A stretch of 64,000 nucleotides of DNA from Chiloscyllium plagiosum (taxonomy: Eukaryota), in NCBI RefSeq assembly GCF_004010195.1, contig NC_057749.1, positions 8,387,423 to 8,451,422 of the forward strand. Direction: 5' to 3'. Both the position numbers and the translations under genes were made by a program. The notes under the pieces are model-generated. The model was not told the origin of the DNA. It saw only the letters and a list, made by a program, of their open reading frames with translations, and did not search any database. Shown here one piece after another: positions 1 through 12,429 of this stretch. The first letter of the stretch is position 1. Each line of letters begins with the position of its first letter.

Positions 1-178
1 ACCCTCCTCTAGCTTATCTCTCCACGCTTCAGGCTCACTGCCTTTATTCCTGATGAAGGGCTTTTGCCCGAAACGTCGATTTCGCTGCTCCTTGGATGCT
101 GCCTGAACTGCTGTGCTCTTCTAGCACCACTAATCCAGGTTTTGGTTTCCAGCATCTGCAGTCATTGTTTTTACCTCC
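1..178 (+). mobile_element. Penelope-like element 3' end (family A) with hammerhead motif
   Basis: Same sequence as 59020-59190, which follows a GIY-YIG C-terminus; contains CTGATGA-A-GGGC-TTTT-GCCC-GAAA-CGTC. Confidence 0.8.
44..82 (+). ncRNA. Minimal type I hammerhead ribozyme motif, intact core
   Basis: CTGATGA 50-56, extra A, helix II GGGC/GCCC with TTTT loop, GAAA 70-73, palindromic ACGT, GTC triplet 75-77; helix I weak. Confidence 0.75.
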
Positions 179-1522
179 CAAAACTAAAAGGCAATCGAGT
201 TTCAATTGAAGTTTCTCATCGTGGACTGGTCACATACTTGGTTAAATCCTCCAAAATCATTGACTTGATGAAGCCTTAAGAAATCTCTGTTGACCAACCT
301 AAAACTTGACTAGGTCCTAAGAAAACTGCCAACCTTCTCTATACGTGAAATCACTGTCAATTAACAGTGGCTCTATTAAAACTGCCAAACTGATAAGGAT
401 AGCCCATTCTACATAGCTAACTTGTTGCATATTTTGCTTTTTACTTGCCTCAGAGCAGCGCAGAGATGACATTAATTTCTGAGTGTACAGATGAGCTAAG
501 AACAAGAGCAGGCTGCTCAACCTTTTGAACCTGTTCTGCCTTTCAATAAGAGCAATAGATTTTACTTATAGTGCATTTAACATATCTACCACCAGAAAAT
601 GTCTCCCCTTGTATTAACCCCATTTATACCTTTCTACCTTTCTATGCTTTATCTTCCCTTCAGCTGCAGTTATTATGAATGCCGCCACCAACTGGAGACA
701 TGCACCCTCAGCTACACAGCATCCAAATGTAACGTCACTGCCCAGTGGAGGTGGCACATCCAGAATGGTGGCAGTGCCTGGAACAGAATAAATGGCCTGA
801 GGAACTGACTGGCTCTGCTGACCACAACCCCTCTGCCATTTCCACCCAGGCCCTAGATTGGAGCCATTAGGGAGTGTGAGCGGAAGAGGTTAAGACATCA
901 AGGGGGTTTCTTTCAAAAACAGACCCATTGGTTAAGTGAAGATGGGGTAGAATGTGCATGGTGTTAGTGCTGATGTCACTGTTGTGCAGAATGTGGTGAC
1001 ATCAGCAATGCATCCTGTCGCCTATTCCCTCCAGCTGACATCCCCCATTGGTCCTTGTGTCGGAAGCTATTTCATCAGCCATTTTGGCATTTGAAGCAAT
1101 CTCTTTTCCTTAGCTCTGAGTCCACACCCAGGCTTAACCAACAAAGCATAGTGAACATGGATCAGTTGCCAGACTCCTATAATGGAACACAGAACAAATG
1201 AACTGCTAAACACTGCATTGTCAAACATAAGCTGATGCTCAAAATGTCCTGATTGCAAAGAATTATAAAGTTCCTCACACGATTGAGGACAAATAATTCA
1301 AAACATTTTATTCACACAGCATAACTTTTAGCAATTGCAAAGAATGCACAGCATGGAAAGACCATTCAGCCCACTTAGTCTATGCCAGCATCTAAGCTTT
1401 ACACAAGATAGCTCCACCTTATCCCATCAACACAGGCAGCTACATTTCCTTTCCTCATGCATTTATTTAATTACAACTTAAATTGATCCAAGCTATTCAC
1501 CTCAATTATTCCTTATGATAGC

Positions 1523-1758
1523 TGTAGCAATTGGAACAAGGTCAACCAGATGGACTTATAGAATATAAGTTCCCTGATTGGGAGCTGTTAATCTGGTCTA
1601 CTCAGGGAGCACTGGCTGACAGATAAGAACAGGAGTGCCAGAGGTTCTACTCACTCTGAGATCTGGCTCTGAGCTGGGTGTACCAGTGTCATGTATAGTG
1701 GACGTGTAAATAAAAGATGACTTGGTGATGGGATACTGGCCTTTGTGGAGTGATTTCA
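1523..1758 (+). mobile_element. Solo LTR, short family
   Basis: TGTAG...TTTCA termini, internal AATAAA, homologous to the reverse complement of 3942-4505. Confidence 0.6.
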
Positions 1759-1869
1759 GTTGCAAGTGTCACACTTAGACGAAGCTTTGGGTAAAGACAT
1801 TTCTCTTGAATCCCCTGTTGGAATTTTCTTGTGACTGCTGTATATTCACAATGCCCTAGCCTTGGTCAC

Positions 1870-2030
1870 CTCCCACAAATGGCAGGACAAGTCGCGAGAG
1901 TAGTTAATAAAACATATGATGTGCTCGGCTTTATTCATCGGGCTTTGGAGTACAACAGCAAGGAGGTGATACTTAACTTGTGGAATATAATTGTTAGACA
2001 TCAACTGGAGTAACGTGTACAGACATTATA
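1870..2030 (+). mobile_element. CR1 LINE ORF2 fragment
   Basis: Translates VVNKTYDVLGFIHRALEYNSKEV. Confidence 0.75.
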
Positions 2031-2054
2031 TAAAAAAAAGATGTAAAATAAAAT

Positions 2055-3305
2055 AACTTAACCTATGCACTCCTCAATTCACTGCTATCCATGTGCATGT
2101 CCAGCAGTCACTTAAATGTCCCTAATGACTCTGCTTCCACCACCACCACTGGCAACGTATTCCATGCATTCACAACTCTCTGTGTAAAGAACCTACCTCT
2201 GACATCCCTTCTATACCTTTCTCCTAATACCTTAATACTATGACCCCTCATGCCAGTCAATCCTGCCCTGGGGAAAAGTCTCTGGCTATTGACTCTATCC
2301 ATTCTTCTCATTATCTTGTATACCTCAATCAGGTCACCTCTCTTCCTCCTCTCCAGAGAGAAAAGTCCGAGCTTAGTCAACCTTTCTTCATAAGGCAAGT
2401 CCTCCAGTCCAGGCAGCATCCTGATAAACCTTCTTTGCACCCTCTCCAAAGCCTCTGTATCTTTCCTATAGTAGGGCGACCAGAACTGAACACAATATTC
2501 CAAGTGTGGCCTCGCCAGGGTCTTGTAGAGCTGTAGCAAAACCTCGTGGCTCTTAAACTCGATCTCCCTGTTAATGAAAGCCAAAACACCATATGCTTTC
2601 TTAACAACCCTATCCACTTGCGTGGCAACTTTGAGGGATCTATGTACTTGAACACCAAGATCCCTCTGTTCCTCCACACTGTCAAGAATCCTGTCTTTAA
2701 TCCTATATTCAGCATTCAAGTTCAACCTTCCAAAATGCATCACTTTGCATTTGTCCAGGTTGAACTCCATTTGTCATTTCTCAGACCTGTCTATGTTGCA
2801 CTATAGCCTGCAATAGCCCTCGATACTATCAAATGCATTTACAACCTTTGTGTCATCTGAAAATTTACTAACCTACCCCTCAACCTCCTCATTCAAGTCA
2901 TTTATAAAAACTACAAAGAGCAGAGGCCCAAGGACAGAGGCCTGCGGGACCCCATTCAACACTGATCTCCAGGCAGAATACCTTCCATCTCCAGCCTTCA
3001 GTTAGTTAACCAGTTCTGAATCTAAATAGCCAAATCTCCCGGTTTCCCATATTTCCTGACTTTATGAATGAGCCTACCATGGGGAAACTTATCAAATGCC
3101 TTGCTGAAGTCCATATACACCACATCCACTGCTCAACCTTCATTGACCTGTCTTTTCACCTCCTCAAAGAACTCAATAAGATTTGTGAGGCATGACCTGC
3201 CCCTCACAAAGCCATGCTGACAGCCTTTTAATCACGCTATGCTTTTCCAAATAGTCATAAATCTATCCCTCAGAATTCTTTCCAAAACTTTGTTGACCAC
3301 AGAAT
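2055..3305 (-). mobile_element. CR1 LINE, 5'-truncated (RT to 3' end)
   Basis: ORF 2108-2770 with FNLDKCKVMHFG, RPHLEYCVQFWSP, RGDLIEVYK, FFTQRVVNAWN. Confidence 0.95.
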
Positions 3306-3460
3306 TTACAATAATGCCTCCAGGGAGGAAAAAACTCTGTTTTGAGGATAGATTCAAGAAGTTTGGACTGTTGTCCTTGGAGAGAAGAAGGCTGAATGGA
3401 GATGTGACAGAGGTTTTCAAACTCATGAGTGGCTGAATAGAGTAGATAGGGAGATCAAGC
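3305..3460 (+). mobile_element. CR1 ORF2 C-terminal fragment
   Basis: FEDRFKKFGLLSLERRRLNGDVTEVFK. Confidence 0.8.
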
Positions 3461-3520
3461 AGGCTATGGTAATTAACAAGATAGATTGCACTTCATGTTT
3501 GCACCCAGTTACAGGTTACT

Positions 3521-3588
3521 TTGATATAATAGACACTGTTGCATTGATATAATAGACACTGTTACATTGATATAACAGCACTGTTACA
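3521..3588. repeat. Tandem repeat, ~23 bp x3
   Basis: TTGATATAATAGACACTGTT(G/A)CA units. Confidence 0.9.
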
Positions 3589-3719
3589 AGATACTTTCGG
3601 GAGGATCTGGATATTAGGCTTCACTCTTTAAAGATCCTAAGCTGTTATGCCCTCAAGCCCATATGATATAATTGCAGTGGATCGTGCTTATGACCATGCT
3701 CAGTGTTAACTCATTTAGA

Positions 3720-3890
3720 CCCCTCTGCACTATCTCAAAGCACTTTCCAGTCAATGTTTTTTTTGAAGTGTAGTCGCTATTGTAGTGTAGAAAATGCAGC
3801 ACCTAAAATGTGTTCAGCAAAGTCACACAAAAATAACAATGTGATAAATGTCCAGTTTTATTCTTTTGCAATGTTGCTTCAGGGATAACG
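3720..3890 (-). mobile_element. Deu-type SINE 3' relic
   Basis: ttgaagtgtagtcgctattgtagtgtagaaaatgcagca...aatgtgataaatg, antisense to the 44525-44650 segment. Confidence 0.55.
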
Positions 3891-3941
3891 GTTGCCGAGG
3901 GCTAACACCCCTAGTCTTCAGTGTAACATTGTGGCGCCTGG

Positions 3942-4505
3942 TGAAATAACTACACAGAGGCTGATATCCCATCACCCACGTCACCACATATTTAACTATG
4001 CACAATACACTGGCTCTGGCCAGCCAGTTCAGTCTCAGTCTTTGAAGTGTGGAGATGCTGAATCCCCTGTTTACTTTTTTACACTGACCCAGTTCCCTCA
4101 GAGTCAGCTCTCAGAGTGAACAGAACTTCTGACACTCCTGTTTTTTTTTTTGCTTCTTTTATTTTATCTCTCCCACGCACTATCGCCTAACAGTGGGTAG
4201 TGCTTATTTTTCCCCAGCACCCATGTCGTGTGTATGCAGGTGAGGGACGTAGTGAAGAACAACAAGTGTGTAAGTCTTTGTTTGTATTCCAACACCAGGA
4301 AGAAAGGAAACTTCCAAGTGGCCAGTTACAAGCAGTGCCCTTCTCAACAAAATGCAACACTACGTGATCAAAAAAGTGAAGGGGAGGGCAGGGATTAAAA
4401 TCTCTTGCCCCTATCTGTCAGTCAGGGCTTCCTAATTGGCCCAGGTTAACAACCTCAATCACGGATCTTGTAGTTAACAAAATCCACCTGGTTCCAATTA
4501 TTACA
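3942..4505 (-). mobile_element. Solo LTR, short family, with ~250-bp internal insertion
   Basis: Minus strand TGTAATAATTGGAACC...TATTTCA; flanks CCTGG/TCTGG resemble a 5-bp TSD. Confidence 0.6.
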
Positions 4506-4519
4506 TCTGGAATAAAGAA

Positions 4520-5580
4520 AAAAAGAGAGAGAGAGCAAGAGAGACTAAGCAAGAGAGAGAGATAGACCCTAGGATAAGAGAGCTAGAAAGAAAGACCTGT
4601 TATGGACCAGAACCCCCCTCAAAATATTTTAAAAAGGTAGTCTTGACCCTAATGTTTTCTGGTTTTAAAGGTAGATGCAAAGAGCTATGTTCCAGGTGCA
4701 ATGCGACTGGTCAAACTATTCAACATTAAATGAAACAATTTATTTAAACACTGTAGCTAGACAAACAAAAGAAAGAGGAACTTAGAATAACCTAACTCTG
4801 TTGGAAAACTTAACAGAACAATAGATACAGTAACTATAATTAATTAACTGCTCGAATATAGTAATGTACCCTAAATAGCCTGTTGGCAAAAAGACAAATT
4901 CAGAAAAATAGATTGTCTCACAGATCACGTAGCCTCAGAGATAAACCCTAGTTTCTAGGTGCAACCATGAGAGGAAAAAGCCTTTTCTTCTTCAAACCCA
5001 CAAAGCAACTGCTTAAAGCACAATCTGAAAACTAACCAAACAACTTGAAAGCCTGGTCTATGAGAGCTGGCCACGCCCATCCAGGCTGCTTTTATTGCTC
5101 CAACTTCTAAAAAAACCCTAAGGCCTCACAAGCTGTTTTCTCTAGTGGTTCTGGTAGATTGCTTGACACTTCTGCCTCACAACCTCTCTTCAAAATAAAA
5201 CAGCATAAAATAACCTCTTAAAGCTACAGTATTGTCATAGCCCCCAGGATAGAGAGAGGGGGAGAGAGAGACCTGAGGATAGAGAGAGGGGGAGAGAGAG
5301 ACTTCAGGATAGAGAGAGAGGGAGAGAGAGACTTCAGGATAGAGAGAGAGAGAGAGAGACCCAAGGACTGAGAGAGGGGAGAGAGAGACCCAATGATATA
5401 GAGAAAGAGAGACTCTGGGATGGAGACACAGGGGGAGAGAGAGACCCCAGGATAAAGAGTGGGGAGAGATAGATACCCCAGAATAGAGAGAAAGAGAGAC
5501 TCTAAGAAGGAGAAAGAAGGACAGAGAAATATCTCGGAATAAAACAAGAGAGAGACTAGGGACACAGACAAGAGACATGG
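4520..5580. repeat. GA-rich ~30-bp minisatellite, interrupted by a solo LTR
   Basis: Units like CCCAGGATAGAGAGAGGGGGAGAGAGAGAC at 4520-4597 and 5240-5580. Confidence 0.9.
4598..5239 (+). mobile_element. Solo LTR-like element (~640-bp family)
   Basis: Begins TGTTATGGACCAG, ends TATTGTCATA; flanks GACC/GCCC; 4 copies in window; transcriptional orientation uncertain. Confidence 0.7.
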
Positions 5581-6715
5581 TGATAGGTAAAGGACTATAG
5601 AAAGTCAACGTGCCTATTTTGGATTGTTACAATAAAGATTCAGAACAATGGACTGAACGGCTTGCTTCTGTGCTGTAAATGTTTATGATTCTAACTGTAG
5701 GAAAAAGACAGAAGGAATGATATTAAATATAAATAAAGATGCATGATGTACTTTAGTGATGAAATTGAGGCAAATGGGTTGAAATCGTGCTGTGCAATAT
5801 TAATACCAGCACAATGTTTTCGTTAAAAATATTCTCTACTCATCATTTTAATAAAGGTTATTTTAATGCTTTCATTTTCCAAAATAAGTGGGTTATGACT
5901 TTTCTACTTTAAACAGCAGACCAAGGAATTTGATATGAGCACATTTATATATTTGTGACGAATGTCAGCCAATGTGATTTCAACGTAAAAATGTTCCGAT
6001 TACAAAACACTGGCACTGGTATGAAATTAGATATTAATGTGCTCCACTCTCAAAGTGATTCTTGTAAATGGATTTACCGTTGTCAGTGTGCTGAGCATTG
6101 AAAACATGAATAATTGAACATGCACACATTTTTAAAAAATGTTTAATTAGTTGTAGATGAATTAGTGATGACTAGTGAGGGAAGAAATTAGCAATTCCTG
6201 TTAAAGTCATATTTACCAAATAAAGTCCATCTTAAAGCATTGCTGAAATTCAGTTAAACAGCTTATCAGATTCGCATCCAAGGTTAATATCCATACAGAA
6301 AGCTATGACAATAGCCCTTCACACTTCTACTTGGTAGAGTGTTAAGTCTCTTACTATGTTTACTCTGAGCTCGCATTATCCATTTAAAATGATTTGTCCT
6401 TCTTTAATCTCAAGGCTGTGGATGTTGTGTCTGGACATGTTGCTTTTCAAATGCTTATTGTTTCTCAAAGTGAAATTCTCTTTGCTCAATCGCTAGTGGT
6501 AAAGCCTTCAGATGTCTCAGTCTAACTCTCTGGATCCTCTTACCTAAACCTCTACACTTTTCAATTTTCTCCAAGACCACTTCTTCAAGTCAGCATCCGA
6601 TCGCTGTCATTGACCCTTGCTAAACTCTTTGTTTCTCTGACTCTTGCTTCTTTATGCCCAAACTTTGTGGCCACGACTATAGCCAATTGCTTTAGAGAAA
6701 CCTGAAAGCATCTCA

Positions 6716-7050
6716 TAGAATGCCAAGTGCGAACACAGGCCATTTGGCCCAACAAGTCCACACTGACCTCTGAAGAGTAACCCACCCAAAACTATTCCCC
6801 TACCCTATTACCCTACATTTACTCCTGACTAATGCATCTAATCTATGCATCCCTGAACACTATGGGCAATTTAGCATGGTCGATTCATCTAAGCTGCACA
6901 TCTTTGAATTGTGAAGGGAAACCCAGAGTACCCAGAAACATGGAGAGAATGTGCAAACTCCACACAGACAGTCGCCCGAGGCTGGAATCGAACCCAGGTC
7001 CCTGACACCATGAGGCAGCAGTGCTAACCACTGAGACATCATGCTGCCCT
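6716..7050 (-). mobile_element. HE1-type tRNA-derived V-SINE
   Basis: A/B-box head, V-domain TGTGTGGAGTTTGCACATTCTCC and CR1-like tail, all on minus strand. Confidence 0.9.
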
Positions 7051-7584
7051 CAAGAGAAATCTCCTTGGCGAATTCTGAAATTCCACTTCCTTTCCATTCA
7101 GAGCAAAATCCAGCACATTGCGTAGAGCATCATATTTGGTGGAGGGATTATCAATACTGAGGGAGATTGCATTATACTATTGGAGAACAATTAATAATCT
7201 TGAAGAATGAGCAAATAATCTTGCAAATATTCAACACAGACAAAGGGGAAGGAGTGCATTTTAGCAAGAAAAGAAAGACAACTTATTACTTGGAAGGTGC
7301 AAGCCGAGAGAGAGTAACACAGGAAAGTGGGACTAGTTTAGCTTGGAAACATGGTTGACATTGACTAGTTGGACCGAGAGGTCTGTTTGCATGCTATATG
7401 ACTTTATGACTACCAACAAGCCTTTTCCTTGGTAGTAGTCTAAGCTACTAATAACACATGGGGAACGATACCCTTTTGATGTGTTCTGTAGAAGACAGGC
7501 TCAATCTTCATGAAGAGGAAATTGATTTATTAGATATTATTTCATGTTTCACTATATTAGAGATATATGGTTGCCTTTGGTCAG

Positions 7585-8050
7585 ACATAGAGTCAAAGAG
7601 ATGTACAGCATGGAAACAGACCTTTCAGTTCAACTCGTCCATGCCGACCAGATATCCCAACCCAACCTAGTCCCATCTACCAGCACTTGGCCCATATCCT
7701 TCCAAACCCTTCCTTTTCATATACCCATTCAACGCCTTTTAAATGTTGCAATTGTACCAGCCTCCATCACTTCCTCTGGCAGCTCATTCCATACACAACC
7801 ACCCTCTGAGTGAAAAAGTTGCCTCTTAGGTCTCTTTTATATCTTTCCCCTCTCGCCCTAAACCTATGCCCTCTAATTCTGGACTTCTCCACCCCAGGGA
7901 AAAGACTTTGTCTATTTTTCCTATCCATGCCCCTCATGATTTTATAAACCTCTGTAAGGCTACCCCTCAACCTCCAATGCTCCAGGGAAAACAGCCCCAG
8001 CCTGTTCAACCTCTCCCTATAGCTCAAACACTCCAACCCTGGCAACATCA
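7585..8050 (-). mobile_element. CR1 LINE 3' end
   Basis: ORF 7767-8060 MLPGLECLSYRERLNRLGLFSLE...FFTQRVV. Confidence 0.9.
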
Positions 8051-8529
8051 TGAGGCTCACTTTAAAAATAATTCATCACTTTAGCGACATATAACTAAGA
8101 ATAATCACTGAAGTGTTAGTAGAACACGTGGAGACAAGTCTTACCTACTCCTTGGAACAGTCCTTAATGTACTCTTGGCCAGAGTTTATCGTATGGTGTT
8201 GGTTAAGCATTTCAGCTTGTATAATCTTAAACAACATTCAGCGCACACATTCAATACTGAAGACGTTCACTCCCTCTACCAACGATACACAGTAGCAGCA
8301 ATGTGTACCATCTGCAAGACGTACTGCAACATGTTTGCTCTCTAACATCCATGAACATGAAAGTATTACATTTGGTCCCTATATTCAAACCATGGTATGT
8401 ATTGTGAGTAATTGTGCCCCAAATACTAATCTTACTGGACCCCAGTGCCTGTCAATGTGAGAATGGCCTATTTATCTTTTTAAGATTATCCCACATTCTA
8501 AGCCTAGTTGCTGCGGAGCTTAATTATGC

Positions 8530-9110
8530 CTGCTATCTAATTTCATTTTTCCTGTAAGCAGCTTTATTTCCTTCCATATTGGGCTACCTGACACCTGTCT
8601 CCACTAAGTTAAACCTTTCCCAACAGCAAATCTCCTTATGTCCATCTTGAAGATGTCCAGCTTGTATAGGCCCTACGTACCCCAGAATGTGTCCCAATGT
8701 CTCAGGAATCAGAAGTCTCCTTTCCTACACCGATTATCCAGCCATGCGTTCAACCAATCATTCCTCCCTGTCCTATACTCACTAACACGTGGCTCTAGGA
8801 CGTATCCTGAGATTATCATTCTTGATGTCTCGTCTTTGAATTTCCTTCCAAACTCCCTGAAATTTGCCTTCAAGACTTCATCTGTCTTTCTGCCCTATGT
8901 TATTTGTGGACCATAATGTCTGCCTATTCAGCACAACCCCGGAAAGATGTCCTACAGCTACCTTTTGATATCCTTCATCTTGACACCAGAGAAAGACGAC
9001 ACAGCGAGTTATGCCTACTGCTGCAGAAACCCCAATCTGATTTCTTGACTATGGAATCCCTGATCATGAATGTTCTTCAATCTTCTTTCTCCCATCCTGT
9101 ACAACTGGTT
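8530..9110 (-). mobile_element. Degenerate CR1 ORF1 (esterase-like) fragment
   Basis: Antisense similarity to the 5' part of the CR1 at 55200-55620. Confidence 0.5.
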
Positions 9111-9133
9111 CGCCCATGGTATTTTACGCACAG

Positions 9134-9764
9134 TGTGACAATACTAATGCTTTAAGAGATATCTTTTGTCCCAGCTTTTTATAAAGAAGTTTTGAACCAG
9201 AGGTTTTGAGCAGTATGTTCCAAGCCAGTAAAGTAAACAACTTGTGAAGCCTTGGAACAATAGAAGCAGCCTGAAGGGGTGTTACCAATCTCCCATATAA
9301 CTATGATTTTAGTTTAACTTTCAGCAGCTGTTGGGGTTTGGAAGTTGCTATACATCTGTTGCTGCTACAGCAAAATGTTTGAGTTCTTTCTCTCCCTCTC
9401 GGAGTTTTCTCTTGATGTTCTTTCTTCCTAGATTGGAGAATTGCCTATGGGACAATCTGTTTTGCTGCATTTGCCTTTGCCAAGGGTGTGTTTATGGGAT
9501 ATTATTATGTTGGAACAGTTGCTGTTTGGTAGTTAATTAATTGATTATTCTGTTAAGTTTTCCAATCAAGTCAAGTCATTCTGATTTTTCTTTCTTTTTA
9601 TTTGCATTTTAAATATAGTGTAGTTCACTTCAAATTTGGTAGGTTGACCAATCGAATTGCATCCAGAACACAATGTCTTACACTTGCCTTTCAAAATAAA
9701 AATATGTTGGGGTGGAGGATACATTTTAAATATATTTTGAGTGGGTTTGACCTGGTCCATAACA
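9134..9764 (-). mobile_element. Solo LTR-like element (~640-bp family)
   Basis: Minus strand TGTTATGGACCAG...TATTGTCACA; flanks ACAG/ACAA resemble a 4-bp TSD. Confidence 0.75.
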
Positions 9765-9769
9765 ACAAA

Positions 9770-10135
9770 TAATCAATTACTATTTGGAATGTGGCCATTG
9801 CTCTGTTATGTTATAGAATTTGACAACAAATCTATGCACAGGAAGATCCCATAAGAAAAAAGGAATTATTGCTCTGTTTTAATTGTGACTGAGAAACTGA
9901 ATGATTTCACCCGCCCTTCTGCAAACACAGCCATAGGTAACTTATGCCTACACGGTAGTGGCTACACTGTAAACTATCACTCAAATAACACAGCACCTCT
10001 TGCAATACCACACCCTCCTTGGCACTGCCGAAGGACGTCAAGCTAGATCTCATCCTCAGATCCAAATGTGGGGGTCAAACCCACTACCTTCTGGTTCAAC
10101 AGGCAGTGTGCTATACCAGGATTAAAGACACCGAC
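9770..10135 (-). mobile_element. Deu-type SINE relic
   Basis: acagcacctcttgcaataccacaccctccttggcactgc is antisense to the Deu core seen at 15465-15512; tRNA-like head near 10070-10130. Confidence 0.55.
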
Positions 10136-10569
10136 ACTAACTAACATCTAAATAGCCAGAGTAAAACTATGTGTTGGATTTGAAATCAAATCCTAACTGA
10201 ATTCTATTTAAAGCAGATTAGGATATTGATCCTTTGCAAACCATTGGAGTTGGTGCCTCAGACAACAGAACTCTGTGTCGGGATTCAGTCTTGACTGGAC
10301 AAAGTGTTAATACAGTATACATTAACACAGAAAGTAATGTACTATCACATGATCTTGCTCTCCCTCCCACCTCTGCTCCCACCTCTCAGACATGTGCTAG
10401 TTCACTGCAAAGGGTTAAATCTGGGGCCTCTTGCCTACACAGTGTAATCAAGCAAATCGTTGTTCTTTTCAAATCTGGGTGTGTCAGTGGAGTGCAGGTT
10501 AATGACAGGGCAAAGGTAGCACTCACTTAGAATGCGAGAAGCCTTCTGGAATAAATCCAGTGATAATAA

Positions 10570-10860
10570 ACAAATAATCTATAGGAGACTGGGCTGGGAT
10601 CATTGCAGTTCCTCAGTTACATTAATGACCTCCCCAAGGCGTGCTCGCATTCCCAAGTCTTTTTATATACCAATGACACAATCCTAATGTGCTGTCACAA
10701 ATCTGTTAAAATTGATCTCAAAAATGGATTAATTGAGGACTATAATCAAGGCTTCTCAGCAGCTACTGAACAATCAAGTCATTTTAAACATAAAACTAAA
10801 TCAATGTCAATGGATTCTTCCCAACATATTAGTGAGGGATGGAAGGGTGCTTTGTAAATT
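10570..10860 (+). mobile_element. Ancient L2/CR1-group RT fragment
   Basis: LGSLQFLSYINDLP...VFLYTNDTIL, a decayed LGPxLFxxYINDL...YADD. Confidence 0.7.
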
Positions 10861-11081
10861 AACACAAATAACCTTAACCTTGGGAATGTTAGAGTACACT
10901 ACAGGATTTTAGGCACAGTTTAGATTCAAGACATCCTTCAAGGATCCCGTTGCCAAAACCTGCTGACAAGATAATCCTCAAAAAAATAAATCTTTAAAAT
11001 CTGACTGAGCCTGTCCTACACAAAGAGTCACAGAGGAAAAATGATGCTGGTCATCTTCTGGTGATAGCCATGATGGGGAGG

Positions 11082-11270
11082 AGCTTGTATTGGACTGAGG
11101 TGGACAAAGTTAAAACTCACACAACACCAGGCCTTGTTCAACAGGTTTACTTGGAAGCACTAGCTTTCAGAGCGCTGCTCAGCTACCTGATGCAGGAGCA
11201 GCGCTCCGAAAGCTAGAGCTTCCAAATAAACCTGTTGGGCTTTAACCTGGTGTTGTGAGAGTTTTAACTT
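11082..11270. mobile_element. Fold-back Penelope-like element (family B) with hammerhead motif
   Basis: Inverted arms 11107-11180 and 11196-11270; CTGATGC-A-GGAGC-AGC-GCTCC-GAAA-GCTA at 11187-11215. Confidence 0.75.
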
Positions 11271-11607
11271 AATCTCTTGGTGAGTTTGTGTGAGAATGTG
11301 ATCAGTTAAGGCACCTGCCATCAAGCCACAAATATATTTTTAAAAATGCAAATCGAATGATTGGAAATTGTGAATAAAACAAATAGATTTGGACATTAAA
11401 GTGTTTCTATTCAACAATATATGAATCAGGCTACCTTGAGTGATTGCTGCACAGATTGAAGCTTTCATTGTTCTAATACACATGTGACATTATGGATTTG
11501 CACAGTTAAGGACAAAGATTTTGTGGGAGCAGGATATATTGGATTACGTTGAGTTCTGTCAAAGAGCCAGCACAGGTATAATTAGCTAATTAGCTCCTTC
11601 TCTGATA

Positions 11608-11885
11608 AAAAGTAAAATACTGTGGATGCTGGAAATCAGAAACAGACTCAGAAAATGCTGGAGAAACTCAGCAGATCCAGCAGTGGACAGAGAAACAGAG
11701 TTAATGTTTCAAGTCCAATATGACTGTTCTTCAGATCTGAAAGAGGTTGGAAAATGGTGACTTTTATACTTTTCACAGCAGTAGAGCCATCCTTCGATGT
11801 TTCACTGCAGCTGGAGCAGAGAAATAAGAGCTAGATTGACCATCCTGGAGGTCAACAATTTTAAAAGGTATCGCTTCCATTTTCT
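11608..11885 (-). mobile_element. Penelope-like 3' end (family C) with hammerhead motif
   Basis: Minus strand CTGAAGA-ACAGTC-ATATTG-GACTT-GAAA-CATTA at 11734-11701; colinear with 20255-20535. Confidence 0.65.
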
Positions 11886-11904
11886 GTGGTCTGCCCCATA
11901 TTCA

Positions 11905-12022
11905 GGGGTGTGCGTGTTTGTGTGTGTGTGTGTGTTGTGTCTGTGTACTGTGTCTGTAGTGTATGAATGGTGTGTTCATGGTGGTATGTGCGTGTGTACG
12001 CACGTGTGTGTGTGTATGTATG
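11905..12022. repeat. Degenerate (TG)n microsatellite
   Basis: Direct inspection. Confidence 0.9.
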
Positions 12023-12029
12023 TTCACTG

Positions 12030-12325
12030 TTTTAATCATTCACAGGATGTAGCCATGTCTGGCTGGGTCTGTATTTACTATCTATCCTTAATTAATCCTG
12101 TTTGAGTCAACCAGATGACAGTGTGTCTGGAGTCACTTGTAAGCCAGGCCAGGTAAGACCTTGCCCTTCCCTCACAGTTTCTAATGACAATAAACAGTGG
12201 GTAAATGGTCAGCTAATTCCAGATTTTTTAAATTCAAATTTCACCATCTGCTCTAATCCCCAGAACATTGACCTCGGCTATCTGGATTGTGGCTGATGAT
12301 AATGCCACTAGACTACCATGTCTCC
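12030..12325 (-). mobile_element. Second SINE family (GGGATGGGCAATAAATGCTGG tail), degenerate
   Basis: Antisense to 21290-21560 and 35000-35460. Confidence 0.65.
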
Positions 12326-12429
12326 TGATCTTTACAACATAGTTAACGATGTATGAAACGACTGCTGCACCCCACACCCCAGCAGGAAAATCCCTCTTCA
12401 ATAATCTCTCTCCCCCCCTCTCTCTCCCC

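Noticed and set aside
5177..5608. 143-aa and 115-aa Ser/Leu/Pro ORFs
   Set aside because: Translations of the GA minisatellite
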